In this document: positions 27,146-41,786 of the stretch, piece by piece | Layout: the number at the start of each line of letters is the position of its first letter | Numbering within the stretch: position 1 is the stretch's first letter | Source of the DNA: Balanoglossus misakiensis | Lineage: Eukaryota; Animalia; Hemichordata | DNA: 64,000 nucleotides | Assembly: GCA_040954595.2 (NCBI GenBank) | Contig: CM082589.2 | Span: forward strand, 3,238,213 to 3,302,212 | Direction: 5' to 3' | Made by a program: the position numbers and the translations under genes | The notes under the pieces: model-generated | What the model saw: only the letters and a program-made list of their open reading frames with translations | Told to the model about the DNA's origin: nothing | Database searches by the model: none

Positions 27146-27292
27146 ATACATACATACATACATACATACATACATACATACATACATACATACATACATA
27201 CATACATACATACATACATACATACATACATACATACATACATACATACATACATACATACATACATACATACAGACATACAGACATACAGA
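27146..27292. repeat. (ATAC)n microsatellite with degenerate (CAGA) tail
   Basis: Read directly from the sequence. Confidence 0.98.
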
Positions 27293-30200
27293 CATTGTAA
27301 AATATGAAATAAATGCTTGAATAAAACACCCTTATTTTAATTGACTATTTTTGCATACTACTAGTGTGACCTGAATAGAAGGGCGGCATGTGTCTGTGGC
27401 AATAAAAATTTACGACGGAATTTAGAGGCAAATATCCTGATGTGTTTTCATCCGAGCATTGGAAAAAAGCAAACGTTTTGGAGGTTATTGAACTGCGATG
27501 CGTGTTTACTTATCTCAGCGCAGTATATCACCGAGCACTGTGACACGCGATCACATTGAAATATAGGTCATGAGTAGGCCGGGGTGTCGAATGACTGTCA
27601 GAACCCATCTGTACATGACAGGAATCCTTAGATACACACAGGCGGTCGTGGATGTGTGTGTTTTCAATGAAAGGTAGAGGAGGATGACACGAGGAGAATG
27701 AATGAGTCATTTGAGTTTGTTAGATGGGTGCATAGCAACTGTCACTCAGATGGGTCGCTCGTGCGGCTGCCGTTCAGAAAAGCAATCTGTTCATCCAACG
27801 GCGTCTCGTTTGGAAGAAAATCATAATTATGCCCAAGTCCGTGGCATACAGGTATTTAATGAGTCTCTCGCTGAGCCAGACAACTATATATGGATACACA
27901 CATGTATGGGTTACCTAAACACTCGAGCTGTGTCAGGCGTCAGTCAATGGCAAATCAAATCACACGGCCAATCCGCAAAAGAAATGGTCAGCCTGTTGCA
28001 CTCTATCACCAGGCGTCAATCAGTGTTTAGCCAGTCGGTCACTGAGACAACCCCAACTAGCTCACACCAATGGCCCTTAACCACACCAGGTTCATACCGT
28101 GCAACCCAAATCAGTCAAACAGTCATTTCGGTCCATCCATCACCCTACACATTGAAAGCGATGAATACAGGCCTACAGGCAGAGGTTACAAGAGCGTATG
28201 GCGAGAGTTGATGGATAGAAATTTAATTGCGATGTTTTTCAGACGAATTCTGAAAAACCATTGCATGAATCTTGGTACTATACGAACACATTGGGCGTTC
28301 ATGTGCAAATAACAGGCTATCATTGCACTTGAAAAATAAAATCTTATCTCGCGACCGGGTCATATTTATGATTCTAAGCATTTGAGAGTTTCACTCGTCA
28401 CCCGAGGGTCGGTGACCTGCGGTACAGCAGGGATTACCGTATACATGCTCGCAGTGTACCGCCAAACAATTACTGCGCCCCGTTTGCTTTTATTCACTGA
28501 TAAAAGCTGACTGCAAGTAGCTTGTTTTTACGGTCATAAATCCACCCATCAAACCAGGTCTTTGTCGCTCTTGCGACCTCCGCTGACCTCTCGCGTGCGT
28601 GGAGAAGAAACCCCACGACGTTTGATCGACTGCAGCCAGTAAGCCACTCACAAGTCTTGGCCCGGGGTCCGACGAACGTGAGCCCAGGCTTCCTCTCGCG
28701 AGATGTATACTATCTCCCAGCGGCAGCTGTGGAGTGCCACTTCCGGTCGTGGCCATGAAAGATTATCGGTGATCCCAAACCGTCTTTCGTTTACTTAACG
28801 GAGGATAATGCGGTATTTTGTTTCGCAATACGTTATCACGTCGACGCAACCGCTGCGGTTTCACAATAACCTTCCGCGGACGATTCACGCTGTTTTCCTT
28901 TTACACTCACCGCAAACTTTAGTTATATTTCATTCAACTTTGGCAGCTGCAGAACTTGAGTTCCCGTGAAGATCTATATGATATTCACTCTACCCCCTTT
29001 GACCAATTCAATTGCCGCCTTTGTTTAAAGGCAGGGCGGCAAAATTCATAAAAACCAACCAAATGTTGAGGACGACCAGGTTATGATAAGAAAGGTCATT
29101 GAAAGTTACGGCGTCCGTTACTTCGTCATGGTCATGGAAGATGATGAGACTGACCTCTATCTGACCTGCTTAGGGCGCTTATATTTGATCAGATGCTTCA
29201 TTTCATGGCAGGACAGTAAAGGAGAAAAAGGCTGACGTCGAACACTTGCCGCGTTAGAAATCACTTATTTCCCTAGTGTCCACCGAAGCAGAACTTAATT
29301 TGTCTGTCACGCAAATGCCATCATCGTGTGCCGTCAAGCTTTATCTTTGAACTCCGGGTAAATTTACTAAACGATGTCGATAATTGTGCGTAGGATTCAT
29401 CAAATGGAACTGACAGTTCCCTTTCAATTCCATGTCCGACCACTGACAGCCAAGAAATCCTAACTTTGCGGTTTGACAGATCTGCTTTGAAACGACGCGT
29501 ACCTGGGCATGAGCGCAGGAGAAAGCCGGGTGCATGCCGGGAAATTTGAGGACAACAGAGCCGTCACTTTTCGTTCTGAAATCTTAACGTTGATTGCAAT
29601 GGGACTACGGGGAATATCCACAATCTTTATACTGTGCATCACCTGTACTTGACAAATCTACCCAGCAGCATTAAACATGAAAATTCTAAAAATAAATCGA
29701 CAGTGACCGTCATTTTAATCCAAGCCTGCGCGGAATCAGCGAGCGAATCAACATTAACTTTAGGCATCCTTTAACCTCATCTTGAACTTGTAGTATAAAA
29801 TGGTTATCTTTACTCGGCAGCCTGTCAGGGAAGGCCGTTCTAAGGAGAAGGCCGTCCGGCGATCGATACTCATTAGAGCGGTGGCGTTGCTATGTAGTTT
29901 CAAGGGCATTTCAAGGTCAAATCGATTGCGATGACGCAGAGCGCAAATTGGACTCAGATTATCACATGGAATTGCGCATGTGCCGTTTCTTTTATGGTCG
30001 ATTTTCCGATTCACCCCAAGACATGATTTTCCAAATATTGCATGATAAAATTATTCATCGGAACACGGCCGTGATTGGAAGTAGCTTGTAGGATTTACTT
30101 TTGTCACTTTCTTAATTTTATTTTGTCACTGTTTGATTGACAGGTTAAATTGGTTTACTTAGGTTATTGATCACCCTCCTCAAAGGGTTTACCTCGACTT

Positions 30201-33200
30201 GTTCCGTAATAATCGCCCCGTATCTGACATTACATCATATTATTACAGCGTGTGCTTATAAGCGCCGAGCAAACAACCTCAAAGATTTGAATTAACATTG
30301 GGCCCGGCAAATCCCCTACACGTGCGAGTGTTTCAACGTCGGATACGCTTATCCAAAGGTCAACAGCGATCTAGATCACCATGCACCCGACTGCATTTGT
30401 GAGAAAAACACATTCTTCTTTTGCTTCGTTACAATCTAACTTCGTTGCGCTTTAATCAAATGTGGGCCTAGTACCCCCTTTGGTCTGATAAGACTACAAA
30501 TACGGGATCCCTGATTGAAATCCCGCGTCCTTCAAATTTCTCTGTGCCATTTTTCGAAAGGATAAGCGTTACAAGATTGTCATTTTCCTACACTGCACGC
30601 AATTCAAGAAAGTGCAGACGACAAAATGGTCGGACCGGCAGTCTCACAGAAAAGCGGTGACCACACGGGAGACTGAGCAGCCGTCATCCGTAATCCCGGT
30701 GCTGCCGGCCGTCAGCAATACCGGTGTTTCCCCGTCACCTTCCTCTTCGTCGAAAGGGTGTTCAGCTTCGCATGAATATCATAGGCGATGCTTTGAACCA
30801 CAGTCCCTCCATACACATGTGTTTGAACCACAGACCCGGCCTGCAGGGCTCCGTGTTTGAACCAAACATTGGCCAATTATCAAGGGCGAATCACCCAGGG
30901 ACATACTGTCACCAGCACAGGTGAAAAGTAATTAACAGTTAGGGGCATTACGGGCTCCGCTCAGCAGGGGGCCTTTGTCCCCCATCGACGAGCGCCTTTA
31001 TGTATTCATTGAAAATCAGCAAACACGCCATCGGGAATTTGAGTCAACATTACTGTTTGTCTGGCCCCAGGAAAGCAAATTAGCCAAACGTTGGGCTTGT
31101 TCGACACGAGAGTTGCCCCTCCTCCTACTAATGAAGGCACGTGTCGGGCAATTACCCCTGGAAACAAAGTGTGGAGGTGATTATCACCGTTCTCACGGAC
31201 CATCTTTAATTTGTCACTTGAACAAACAAGGAATTTCCCATAGAGTTCACATTTTACACACGTTTATGTAGTGTTTCGGATTTGTTTATGGGCGTACCAT
31301 CAGGTTACGCGCTTTACAGATCTGCAATACTACTGTCACACAATTCTACGTCATATCTGACATCCAAAAAAAATGGATTATTCTAATGCCATGGTATGTT
31401 CCGGACATAATGCGGACACTTCGCACAGACCAAGAAATCCCGGTGACTTTGATAAATTCCCGTAATGTGTCTCCGACATTTGATGGATAATTTGTATTGA
31501 TATTCGACTTGGGTCCAGTGAGAGTTTACATGTTTGGATTTATAAATTTATTGTACATTTGGAGTTCAAACAAAGCCCGACGAGGCGCTGTTGAAAACAG
31601 TTTCATTCTCCGCATACATGTCAATATTTCACCAGCTGAAATGACGAGTTGTATAATTAAACAAACACGAGCGGTTTACCCATAATATTATCATTGTAAA
31701 GTGTATATAGAAAAGTTCAAATAGTTATTGTGAGTGACGGCGTTTTCCCTGATGTAGAGGCAACATGAAATGTTGCGTCATGTTAGTAACGCGTGGTGAG
31801 AATTGCTTTCTCCAGTCATGTATAGGGGGTCGTGGTGAGAAAGTCACACGAATATAGATAGACACGGATATAGACTATGGATACTTAAGACTATATGGAC
31901 AGAAAGATAGACAGACAAGCGGGCAGGCAGACAGGCAGATACAGACAGACAGGCCAACAATATGGAATTATACAGTATGGAACTATCACTACTTATAGCT
32001 CGGCACGGGATACGCGTATTAAACCGAAAAAAAACCCCATGATATACAATTAATTTAAACATCCGGACATTCTGTGTCTACCTGCACAATTGTTATAACT
32101 ACTCTAGTTGACTCACCAATATACTTTTTTTAACGATGACTCATTCATAGAATCACCGGTGGCAAAATATGACCGCGTGGAAGGAATGTTATTAGTGAGA
32201 GACACGTTATTCACTGCACAATTCATAGTTAATTGATATGCCTATAATCTATATATTCATACAAAATGTCGAGTATGTTTAATTAATGTAGGTTAACCCC
32301 AGAAAGTTTGGTCGCCTGAAGATCTTACTGTCGACGTCGCTTACATTTAGATTGTCCCTGACTAGCTAGCGATGATGGACGCGCGGTTATTTTTTTTTAT
32401 TCATTGGGAAGGGGCAAGGCTTCGGGCTGGTGTAGGTGTATGACTCAACGACAATGTGTTTCAATGGACAATAAAATGATGCAAGGCTGTATTTCTATGA
32501 TTCGGACGATTCTGTCGATGCGTGTCATAACTAGCGGTTAGGGTCTTATTTGAGAGTTTATAGTGTTTTGGCGGCTTCTATTGAGGGTTTCGCTTTCTGA
32601 TTGTAGGATATTGGGCGTTGCTATTCACAGTAATAGTCATGTGACGTGAATCACCGGGTCCTTGTCAATAGACCTGTCTGCTGCCGACACTTTCCTTTAT
32701 TGTATTGTTGTCATTCAAGCTTCCGGTTGAGTGACAGACTATTTGTCCCGGTGTTTGACTGACTCATATCGCAATAAAGGATGACCTGTCGCGTGTGCGC
32801 GCGCGACATTGTGAGCACCTGAAATAGCTGGTTAACTTTGTAAATGCGGGTGGGGTTGACTGTTTGAATGTTGAGTGACCGTGGTTTGACCATGAGCAGC
32901 CTCTTTCTCCTGTCTATGGTATGGCCACGTGTGTGCGAAGGGGACGCGGCCCGCATAGAACGTGTACGTGTTCGAGTTTGAAGGGCTTATGAAAAATTCA
33001 ACTTTTTTTCACGAAAGTGTAGGACGCGCTGTCACGCAACGTGTTCCGCTGTTGCCGCAACTGTGACTAACACCTACACTTTTTTTCAGTATTATGCAAA
33101 TATTGCCACATCGGCCGCACAGGGAAAGTGCGTGGTGTCGCTGAGATGTGTTAATCACGCTAATACTAATACATCATGACGTGCTTCACCCGCTGCAGTC

Positions 33201-36200
33201 TCGCACGGTTATCTCTGATTGGTTCGTTTCTGCATAGTCCGCTGTTAAACAATCTGCGAATTATGCTGAGGCGCGTAAAACCTAACAGCCATAAGATCAC
33301 TCACCTTGACACGCTGTCTGTGTCTTTCATATCTTCCCCTCCACGGCAATCGACGAGACTCCATTCGTGACTTGACCAAAAGCTTTTATTTCAAAGTTCC
33401 TACCAGGCCTGAAATACACAATGCAGTATGTATTATCATCCGGTAGAATCAAGAACCTACAATCAGAATTTTTCGATAGTTTGAAAACAAAAGCAATTTA
33501 TTACAAAGAAGAAAGAGAATATAGTTTCTTATTAATTACAAAATGTATTAGCCTGAGTATTGGGCATTACTCCGTGTGTCACGTGACATATCCCACCTGA
33601 ATGACAGAAGTGCGATGACGTGACGTGACGTGACAAACTTTCTCGCTCCTGATCATTATTTTGTAGCCCCGGGGAAGGTTTAGCCTAGAGAAAAGCATTA
33701 TAGTTTTTTGCACCATGTTTTTTTTTATTTCCGAGGCTAGATCACGCAACCCGTGTCATACTACGGGGCGGTGTCTAGTTACGGAGGCGACCTTCGCGAC
33801 GATCTGTACAGCCCCGGGGAAGCGTTTTGCTTTTCTGGCTCAACTATGAGTACATTAGTAAAAAAAACTTAGCTTGTCGGCCGAATATTGGAACATTACA
33901 TCGCACTAAGCACGCATGCACCGCAACTTGCAACGTCATGGGATGACAAACTTTGTCTATAAAATGCAACTTTATTGTTGTTGTTGACATCTCAATTTAG
34001 TCCGCACTAAAACTCCACACGAGTAGTCACCCAAAACAATGCACGCTTTACGCATGCAAATTTCCCAAGACCAACGCATACTTTGGTGATGTACAAGAAA
34101 CTGTAACTGTTGACAGAACAACAGAAAATTTCAAATCACGATCAATCAACACGTATTGTCTATTTTAAAAACAACAGACAAATCGTCACGAATGATGCTG
34201 TTTTGCGAGGCGATTGGTGGACATTGCATAATGCTTTATGGATTAGAAACAAAAGAATTATAGATGATCACAAAGGAAAATCTGAAAGGGAAAATTAAAA
34301 CCGTCTTTAAAGGCGTTTTGGAATGAAAGTTAACATACGCGTATTCAAAACGGATGGATAATTTTTTTTCTCATCGTGATCAATTCGCTCACCCATTAAC
34401 AGCTTTGACCGCTTCTTTGTGCGCGTCAGGCTGCAGCGTTGGCGGTCACAGTGATTATCGGACGCGTGAGGCCATTATTATCCGGTCGCATCTTGTAATT
34501 ATCTGCTGCAACGCCCACTCTAATGATTGACATCATTAAAGGTACCATAGCTGAGTAATATTCACCCTGTCCGCATACGTTCGCTCGTCTGGAACTCCAC
34601 AAAACGGATGGCGACCGGCTGAAGAGGTTTGCGGACTCGGAGGAAAATGGTGGATGCGACAGGTGCTACTTTGCGACAAGTGCCGTAAGATGGGCGCACA
34701 CTTGTCGCGAACATAGACACTTCACACATTTGGGCTTTTTAAAGTTATGCATTATACCTTCAATGCAGCTGAATAATGTAAAAAGATTCAGATACTATTT
34801 GAGTTTTGTGGCTGCATTTTCGTTGACCTATGTTCTGACCTTCACACCCTCTTCATTCGGTATGATGGCGGGTCACTCAAACCTTCAGCGGAAAGAAACG
34901 ATACTCAATGTAAAGAAATCACTTTAAGAAATTGAAGGAGCGAAAACTTGATGTCGAAGAGATTTCTCGGTCCTGTCACGGCGCTATACTATACGGCCTT
35001 GGAAGCAGCGATCGCAGAGAAACATTAGCTGGGAATGTTTACTAAAATTCCATTAAAACTATGTTCCAACCTGTCAAACATTTGTCTTGAAGATCAAGCG
35101 ATTGATTTTTTTCCTGATATGTATTTGGATCAGTACAACGCACGGGCAATTGATGACACGAACTTCGGATCCCATTTCTAGGGATGTCGGTTGAACACGT
35201 CAGACGTACGTGTTCCCATATCAGGCACGGTGACGGGGAACTCCGTCCCTACAGAGATAACGCGCTTCCATGCCCGGGGCATCACGGTCGCGCCCCGTCA
35301 TCATGATACCGAGAATCCGGGTGGGTCATTGCACTTCAACATGAGCAGTTGGCTAACCCTGGATTTTTATACTACCAAACGATTATTTTACATAACACCT
35401 TTATTGCCAGCTGTCAAGATTCGGGGGGGGGGGCTTCTCTTGCGAGGGTGCCAATGCCCGCTTTATATGCAAACAGGTGTCATTTTGCGAGCCAGTTTCA
35501 ACCATAGACCCAGGGTCCATGTTTCAACAAAACGAAAGTTCCTCCGATCAGCGCTAAATCATTACCCGTGCGCGTGCAAGTATGCCCGGTGCAGGACCTT
35601 GAACTGGCCACTTTTCGTGACAATAATCCGTTCCCAGATCTTCGTACGCGTGATCTATATATGATAGGCTGCCGGCGTGAATCACGCTCGAACTGCAATA
35701 TGCAACAGCCATTAGCGCCTGATTGGAAATTGCTCAACACCTATTTCTGGTCGCTGTACTAAATAAATAATGCGTAATTATCGTGTCTAATTTGCCCGTT
35801 GTACTGTGCGCTCAGTCAGCTACGGCGATTAAATTCTTTAATGATTTTTTGTAGATAATACATTCCTGATCATATTGACGTAGATGCGCTCTGGGTTCGA
35901 GCGCAGGCGATTTGGGCAATAAAATTATTAACGTGTTTTGATATTAAACGTACAGTTTAATCGATTATAAACAGTATAGAATGCGTCCACTACATGAGTC
36001 TTAATTTATTACACTAGGAAAAGGTTTTAAATTGACGGGGTCCGAAGAACATGGAGTTTACTATCCGAAGGTGACCTTACTCCGGACTTTGGTTCTCAAA
36101 GATCACCACGATCGCACAAGATCACCACGACCTGCAAGCGTGACATCCCGGGCGACGATGTTCACGCTGAACCGACGGTCATAGAGACCGGACCGCGGTC

Positions 36201-36808
36201 GCTTGTTCACTTGAACGCGTGAAAGTCTCTCGAAGAGTACGCCCCTCACCCGTACCGTGGTGTTTTTTCACTGGAATTTATGATTTTATTTCTGTCGGGA
36301 CAGGCTGTCCGGTTTAACTTTTATCTGGCTTCATGTTGCCCCGCCTCTATCCGAGTTTGTGTCAATATCGTCGGACACCCCGAACTCAGATTTACTGATT
36401 TCGCCGGCCGGCTATGCCCGTTGAGATTTCAAATTTGGAGTTCAGCGGCCGGCTTTTTTAATATAATTCAGCGGCGCTTCGTCACAGTTATCCCGGCTAC
36501 AATGGCGACAAAATCCGCTACCTGAAAAAACGCTCACCGCTGAGCAACGTGAAAGCCTTTAATCGTTTAACGACCGAGATTTATACGTTTTGTGGGCAAA
36601 GGTGTCGAAAAGAAAAAAAAACAGCCGCAGGTAATTGGTATAAGCAACATCAGGTGATTTTAAAGCAATAAATCGCGCCCAATGGAGACAAACTAGGCCC
36701 AACAGCATCTACAACAACAAACATCTATAAAAAAAAATACGCGATGTCGATTACAAAGTAAATGCCATGTTAAATGCATATCGTGTGAAATCGACAATGC
36801 GTTATTTA

Positions 36809-37437
36809 AGCAATAAAACACCCCCAGCCATGGTATATCACGAGATTTTGACCAGTTCACGACATATACGCACGAGCGATAGCGAGTGCGTATATGGAGT
36901 TGAACTGGTCAAAATCGAGTGGTATACCATGGCTGGGGGTGTTTTATTGCTATTATATTATGCCAGTATATTGAAACTTTGCATAAAACATTTTAAAAAG
37001 GCATTTTCTTTAACTATGATATATGACTGTGGTATATGGCTAATATATCACGGTCACGTGTCGTGTCTCGACCAATCAAATAGCGTGATTTACACCATCA
37101 ATATACTGGTATAATATAATTCATATTATGTTATAACAATATATTGATGATGCAAATAGATCGATCTTATTGGTCGAGGCGGGTAAACAAGAGTGCTATT
37201 TTCGTGAAATACAATGGTTGCAACATGTACCAAAGCAAAATCATTGTACTAAATATTTTATGCCAAATTTCAATATACTGGTACATGTATAATATAATAT
37301 CAATAAACCACCCAAAGCAAATGTGTATCACTCGCTTTTGAATAGTTCACTAACCGCTTCCTATCGCTCATGCGTATATGACGTGAACTGGTCAAAATCT
37401 TGCGGTATGTATACCATTACCCGTTGGTGGTTTATTG
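36809..37437. mobile_element. Palindromic non-autonomous element(s): two inverted copies of a ~190-bp hairpin-bearing unit
   Basis: 36809-36951 is a near-perfect hairpin (AGCAATAAAACACCCCCAGCCATGGTATA...TATACCATGGCTGGGGGTGTTTTATTGCT); 37250-37437 is a degenerate reverse complement of 36809-36995. Confidence 0.75.
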
Positions 37438-39224
37438 CGTGTGAATACTGTATAATACGTCCAGCTTTTTCCCGTATGCTACGCTTTTGTTATGGAAAAG
37501 GCGAGGGATGTGTGATAATGACTATTTAGCGGTTTCACAGAGCGCAGTTAATTATCGCTTAATGGCCCTGGGCAACCAAATTGCGGTCGTTGTCACATCC
37601 GGAAAACACCGCGTAAGGTGTCGATATTTTTTTAAACCGCATTTATAAATGTATACGCGTTTGGTTCAAAGTTCTCAATCCATCGACCACCGATCGGCAG
37701 TTTGATGTCTTCTACAAGATCGACGGACGCCCGAACGCTTATCTCCGATAACTGTCAAGATATTTGATCAACAAATAGCGTTATCGGGTAACTTGTTACT
37801 TATTGTTGACGTTGGCCACCACAACGCAAACATTAGATCGCGATAAGGCCAGAAAACGGGAAAAACAACTTGCCCATCAAACGGGCAGCAGATGTCAAAA
37901 ATTAAGACACTTCTGCACATGCACGAGTTACTGAGGCAGGCGGATGCCTATTTCGAGGTTAAAAATCCCATTAAATTGAAAGAAACCCAAGGCGCCTCTT
38001 TCCCCTTTTCAACCATACTTGTGAATTAAAGGTGAACGCCTCATGTGTTCGGTTGTATGGTAATCATAAAAATATCGCTTTTCCTTTACCATTTCAGTTT
38101 CTTTTGAAATTATGACGCTTTTATATGCTGACTCAAAAACGCGCCTAATAAACATGACTTCACCACACAACATTCTGTGCTTGAGGCAATAGGAGAGAGA
38201 TCGACGCTTTCGGTGACGCGATCTAGGGTTTCCAAGCTGAAAAAGAATTAACAGCGCGTGGCTTTCCCTGGATGGTTGGCTGAACGTCCATAACTGCAAC
38301 AAGTTGCAATAGATCTTTTAAAGATCTATGAAGCGAGTTGAGAAGAAACGCTCGTGTCATCCAGGTCACTCGAACCGCACTCTGCTGGGGGTCAGCGTCG
38401 ATAAATCTCACGCGCTGACAGCCGTTCGCAGCGCCACGCGCCACCTGATTGGTCGAGCGCCCACGCGCAGAGCTGGCAACCCCGGGTTACTTAGTTACGG
38501 CTGCTAAAAATAGCGCTGTCATCAGAGGAAGCCTATGATTAAGGGGCTTGATTATTGCAGCGTACGGGGCAATCCTCAGATATACAGCACTGATCACGGT
38601 TATCCCCACTCGGTTTGTCGAAAACATTCGTGTTTTAACACGCATCGCATAAAAAGCGCCTTTAAAAACCTCCATGCGTGCAGAGGTCGCGCCGGAGCTA
38701 TAGTTACATAAACTTTACGACTGGCACACGACACTGTACATGCGATACTCTTACTAAAGCAAAATTGTTAATTTCGATGCGTCAGTTATATAAAAAAAAC
38801 ATTATGATATTGTGTTAAAATTATCCTATCTATTTAACCATGCATGGCGGTTGACAGTATGCGTATGGTGTTTCGAAGCGCCCTATGATAATTATATGTT
38901 ATTCATGATCAGTGGCCTTTCGACCATGCACCAAAGAAAGAAGCGTACCATACCGGCGTCAAATTCGGCTGAATGCAAAAGTTCGCGTCACCCATCTCGT
39001 CACCCGAGGTGCCCGGGTCACGTGACTTGTAGTAAATGTATCACACGAAACCAAACAAGAGAAGCTATGAGAAAAAAGGCAATCGGTTGAACAATTTTTT
39101 AAATCTAGCAATCCGACATTAGTCTGGTTGGAGAACCGATTGACACGAAAAAAAAATAACGAGGATCACCTCCTCGGGTTTAAACCACACAGAAGCCAGT
39201 ATTCGTTTTATAACAGACCACAAA

Positions 39225-39297
<73 letters not shown>
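39225..39297. repeat. (CAT)n microsatellite
   Basis: Read directly from the sequence. Confidence 0.98.
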
Positions 39298-39298
<1 letters not shown>

Positions 39299-40279
39299 GT
39301 AAAGTTTGATCGATCGGTTACACAACAATCAGGAGAATCATTTTCTATAGTTGTAATATTACCCCCTCCCCAAGAATGGTGCGTGCCATTATATGAATCC
39401 TTCTCACTAACATCAGTTTCCGTGTGAGTGTGGGTCTCCACGGTAACCATTAATATGATATTTTCCAGGGGCCTACTGACTTGATCACGCGACAATCCGG
39501 ATATTATTTTGTGTGTATGCATTTGCGCGTGTTAACGTTGGATCGGCCCTCCGCCCTCGCCTACTCTGCGTACCCCAAGAGAAGTAGACACCGTATATTG
39601 ACGTTTGGGAACGGGACGTAGAACTTGCTCCTCTTTTAAATGCGAAACAGTGGCATACCCGCCGAAGTACGAACATCCGGTTATCATCACCCTCCGGCCA
39701 TCACTCATAGCTACTGTAAAGCATCGTACGTGTGTACTTTCACTAAATCCCGGGGTGTTTTATTTTTTTTTTCTGGCCCGTGGCCTTCACGTTGCGGACA
39801 CTGGTACCATAAGACACTAGACGCGGTTGCTTTACGAAAACGCATAGGCCTGGTGTGAGTGTAGAATATACCACTCTCAAAAATCAATTTCGAATGACTG
39901 TGGGGTCAAAAAGGAGTGCTGAATAATTAATTTCTTGCGGAGTAACATTTCTTTATTTCAGAATATTGCTTTGTCTTCTCTTTCGCCTGATTATCTCAAC
40001 ACTTGGGCCCCTACACAATGACCAGGAGACAAAGAGACCAGAATAGGGGAGGGGGCAAAAGGATCGCTGATGTGGTTTCAGCTACTGTGACCCACTGATC
40101 TCTTCCAATATAAGAAACACTTCATCATCCTATTTTGGATGACATACGCGTGAGCGGCCCACATCCGGGGCACTAGCAAACCCGGTATCTCGCGCATGCG
40201 GGTTAACCACACACAGGCTTCAAGTCAGCGCACCACACACAGAATTCACATCGACAACACGTCTTTTTGAATGTAGAAT

Positions 40280-41786
40280 CACTTTTAATAAATTTTCATC
40301 TTGCATAAAGCGTTCGTCGTGACCAGCACCTTTTTATAACATGTATAAATTACATTTCCCAACTTTAATCTCTGCTCGCTTTTAATCATCACTGTATTTA
40401 TCACTATTTTTCACTTGTTCAAGTTAAAAACATATAAAAAGACAATAATAAATTTTGCAAACAAACAAAATTACCGAAATAAATGTGATGGTAAAACTGA
40501 TATACTACATAATCCAAATGGCGGAATGTGTCGGACATTTTTGAGAGATTCACATCGAAATTTGATTGAATTAAGAAGTAAACTTCCGTTTCCATGGAAA
40601 CATGAAGTTTAACTCTTCCCGTTGACTGGAAGTGAAACGGTAACAAAGTCAGGTTTTCACAAATTTTCGGAGTGGCAGTCTTGATCTTTTTTCGACGGAG
40701 ACATCGAAAGAAAAATGTGAGTACTAAAAACGCGTCCCATACAGAAATAAAAACGTATACAAAACTTTGACTTATAGTAAACCCTGGTTGAGGCATTCGC
40801 AAGGCAGTTAAAGAACTCCCGCCATCTCGTCAACTTCTTGGCATCAATTTATGTCTTCTAAGTCAAACAACTGTATAATGGCACACGGTAAAAACTGAAG
40901 ATGTGAACGTTTGCCAGCGACTTCGTAAAAAGTACGAGCTCAAAATGATATATTGTGAGCCGATTCTCTCCTAAAATGTTTTTTTTTATACTTACAAAAT
41001 CTCAAATCAGGCAAATTCTGATATTACAGTTTACGATTTGCGACAATAAATCTGCAATAAAAAATATCGACTCTTAAAACACATACAACTGTGTTGATAA
41101 CAGGATGGGTGAAGAAACGCGTTTCTAACAAGTACTGCGTGAAGTAATTGATGGACTAGTTTTTATGTGGAAAAAATACTCATAAAATGTCTCGTGCAAA
41201 AAAAACTATGGAATGTAAATTCAGTAGTGTGGTGTTCGGAAATATTGTGAAATTGACAAAAATATTACGAACAATAGAATTTGAATTAGAATCTAAAAAT
41301 TAACAAAAGCCACATCAGTGATGTCTCGACTTATAAAATATTATGTATCATCTCTTCTACATAAAATATTGAAGTTTTAAAAAAATGGTAGTAAATTTTT
41401 GATAAAACTGTAAACGGTCAAAAAGTTGATAAGTTTTGTGGTTTTATTTGAGAAGGGAAACTAAGTAAGACACTATAAATGTCACGTGACAAATGTCCGG
41501 ATGTTTTTCTTCTGCTTCCTCGTTTCTCAAGTCCGTGAAGAGATCGTTTCCTATCGGCAGCAATTCATCATGCCCCGCAGTGTATAAACTGCGTATCGGC
41601 ACTCCATGTTCTGCACTAGAAGTCACGACTTTCAGAATTCGCGTCTCTATAAAAAAAAGTTGCTCCCCCGGGAACAACTTCAACCTGCTCAGTAACGCGC
41701 AGGCGCGACTTGGTAGACAACCAATCAGCACTCTTCTTTTTACTTCTAGCACTGCGTCTCTCTCAAGTTTTAAACAGGCGCGTTTC
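40280..41786 (-). other. Probable SoxF 3' UTR (AT-rich)
   Basis: AT-rich stretch after the stop codon; candidate minus-strand polyA signals AATAAA (~41443) and ATTAAA (~40284). Confidence 0.45.

Noticed and set aside
19112-35664. ORFs of 157-169 aa at 19112, 27702 and 35191
   Set aside because: No recognisable domain, codon pattern or splice context.
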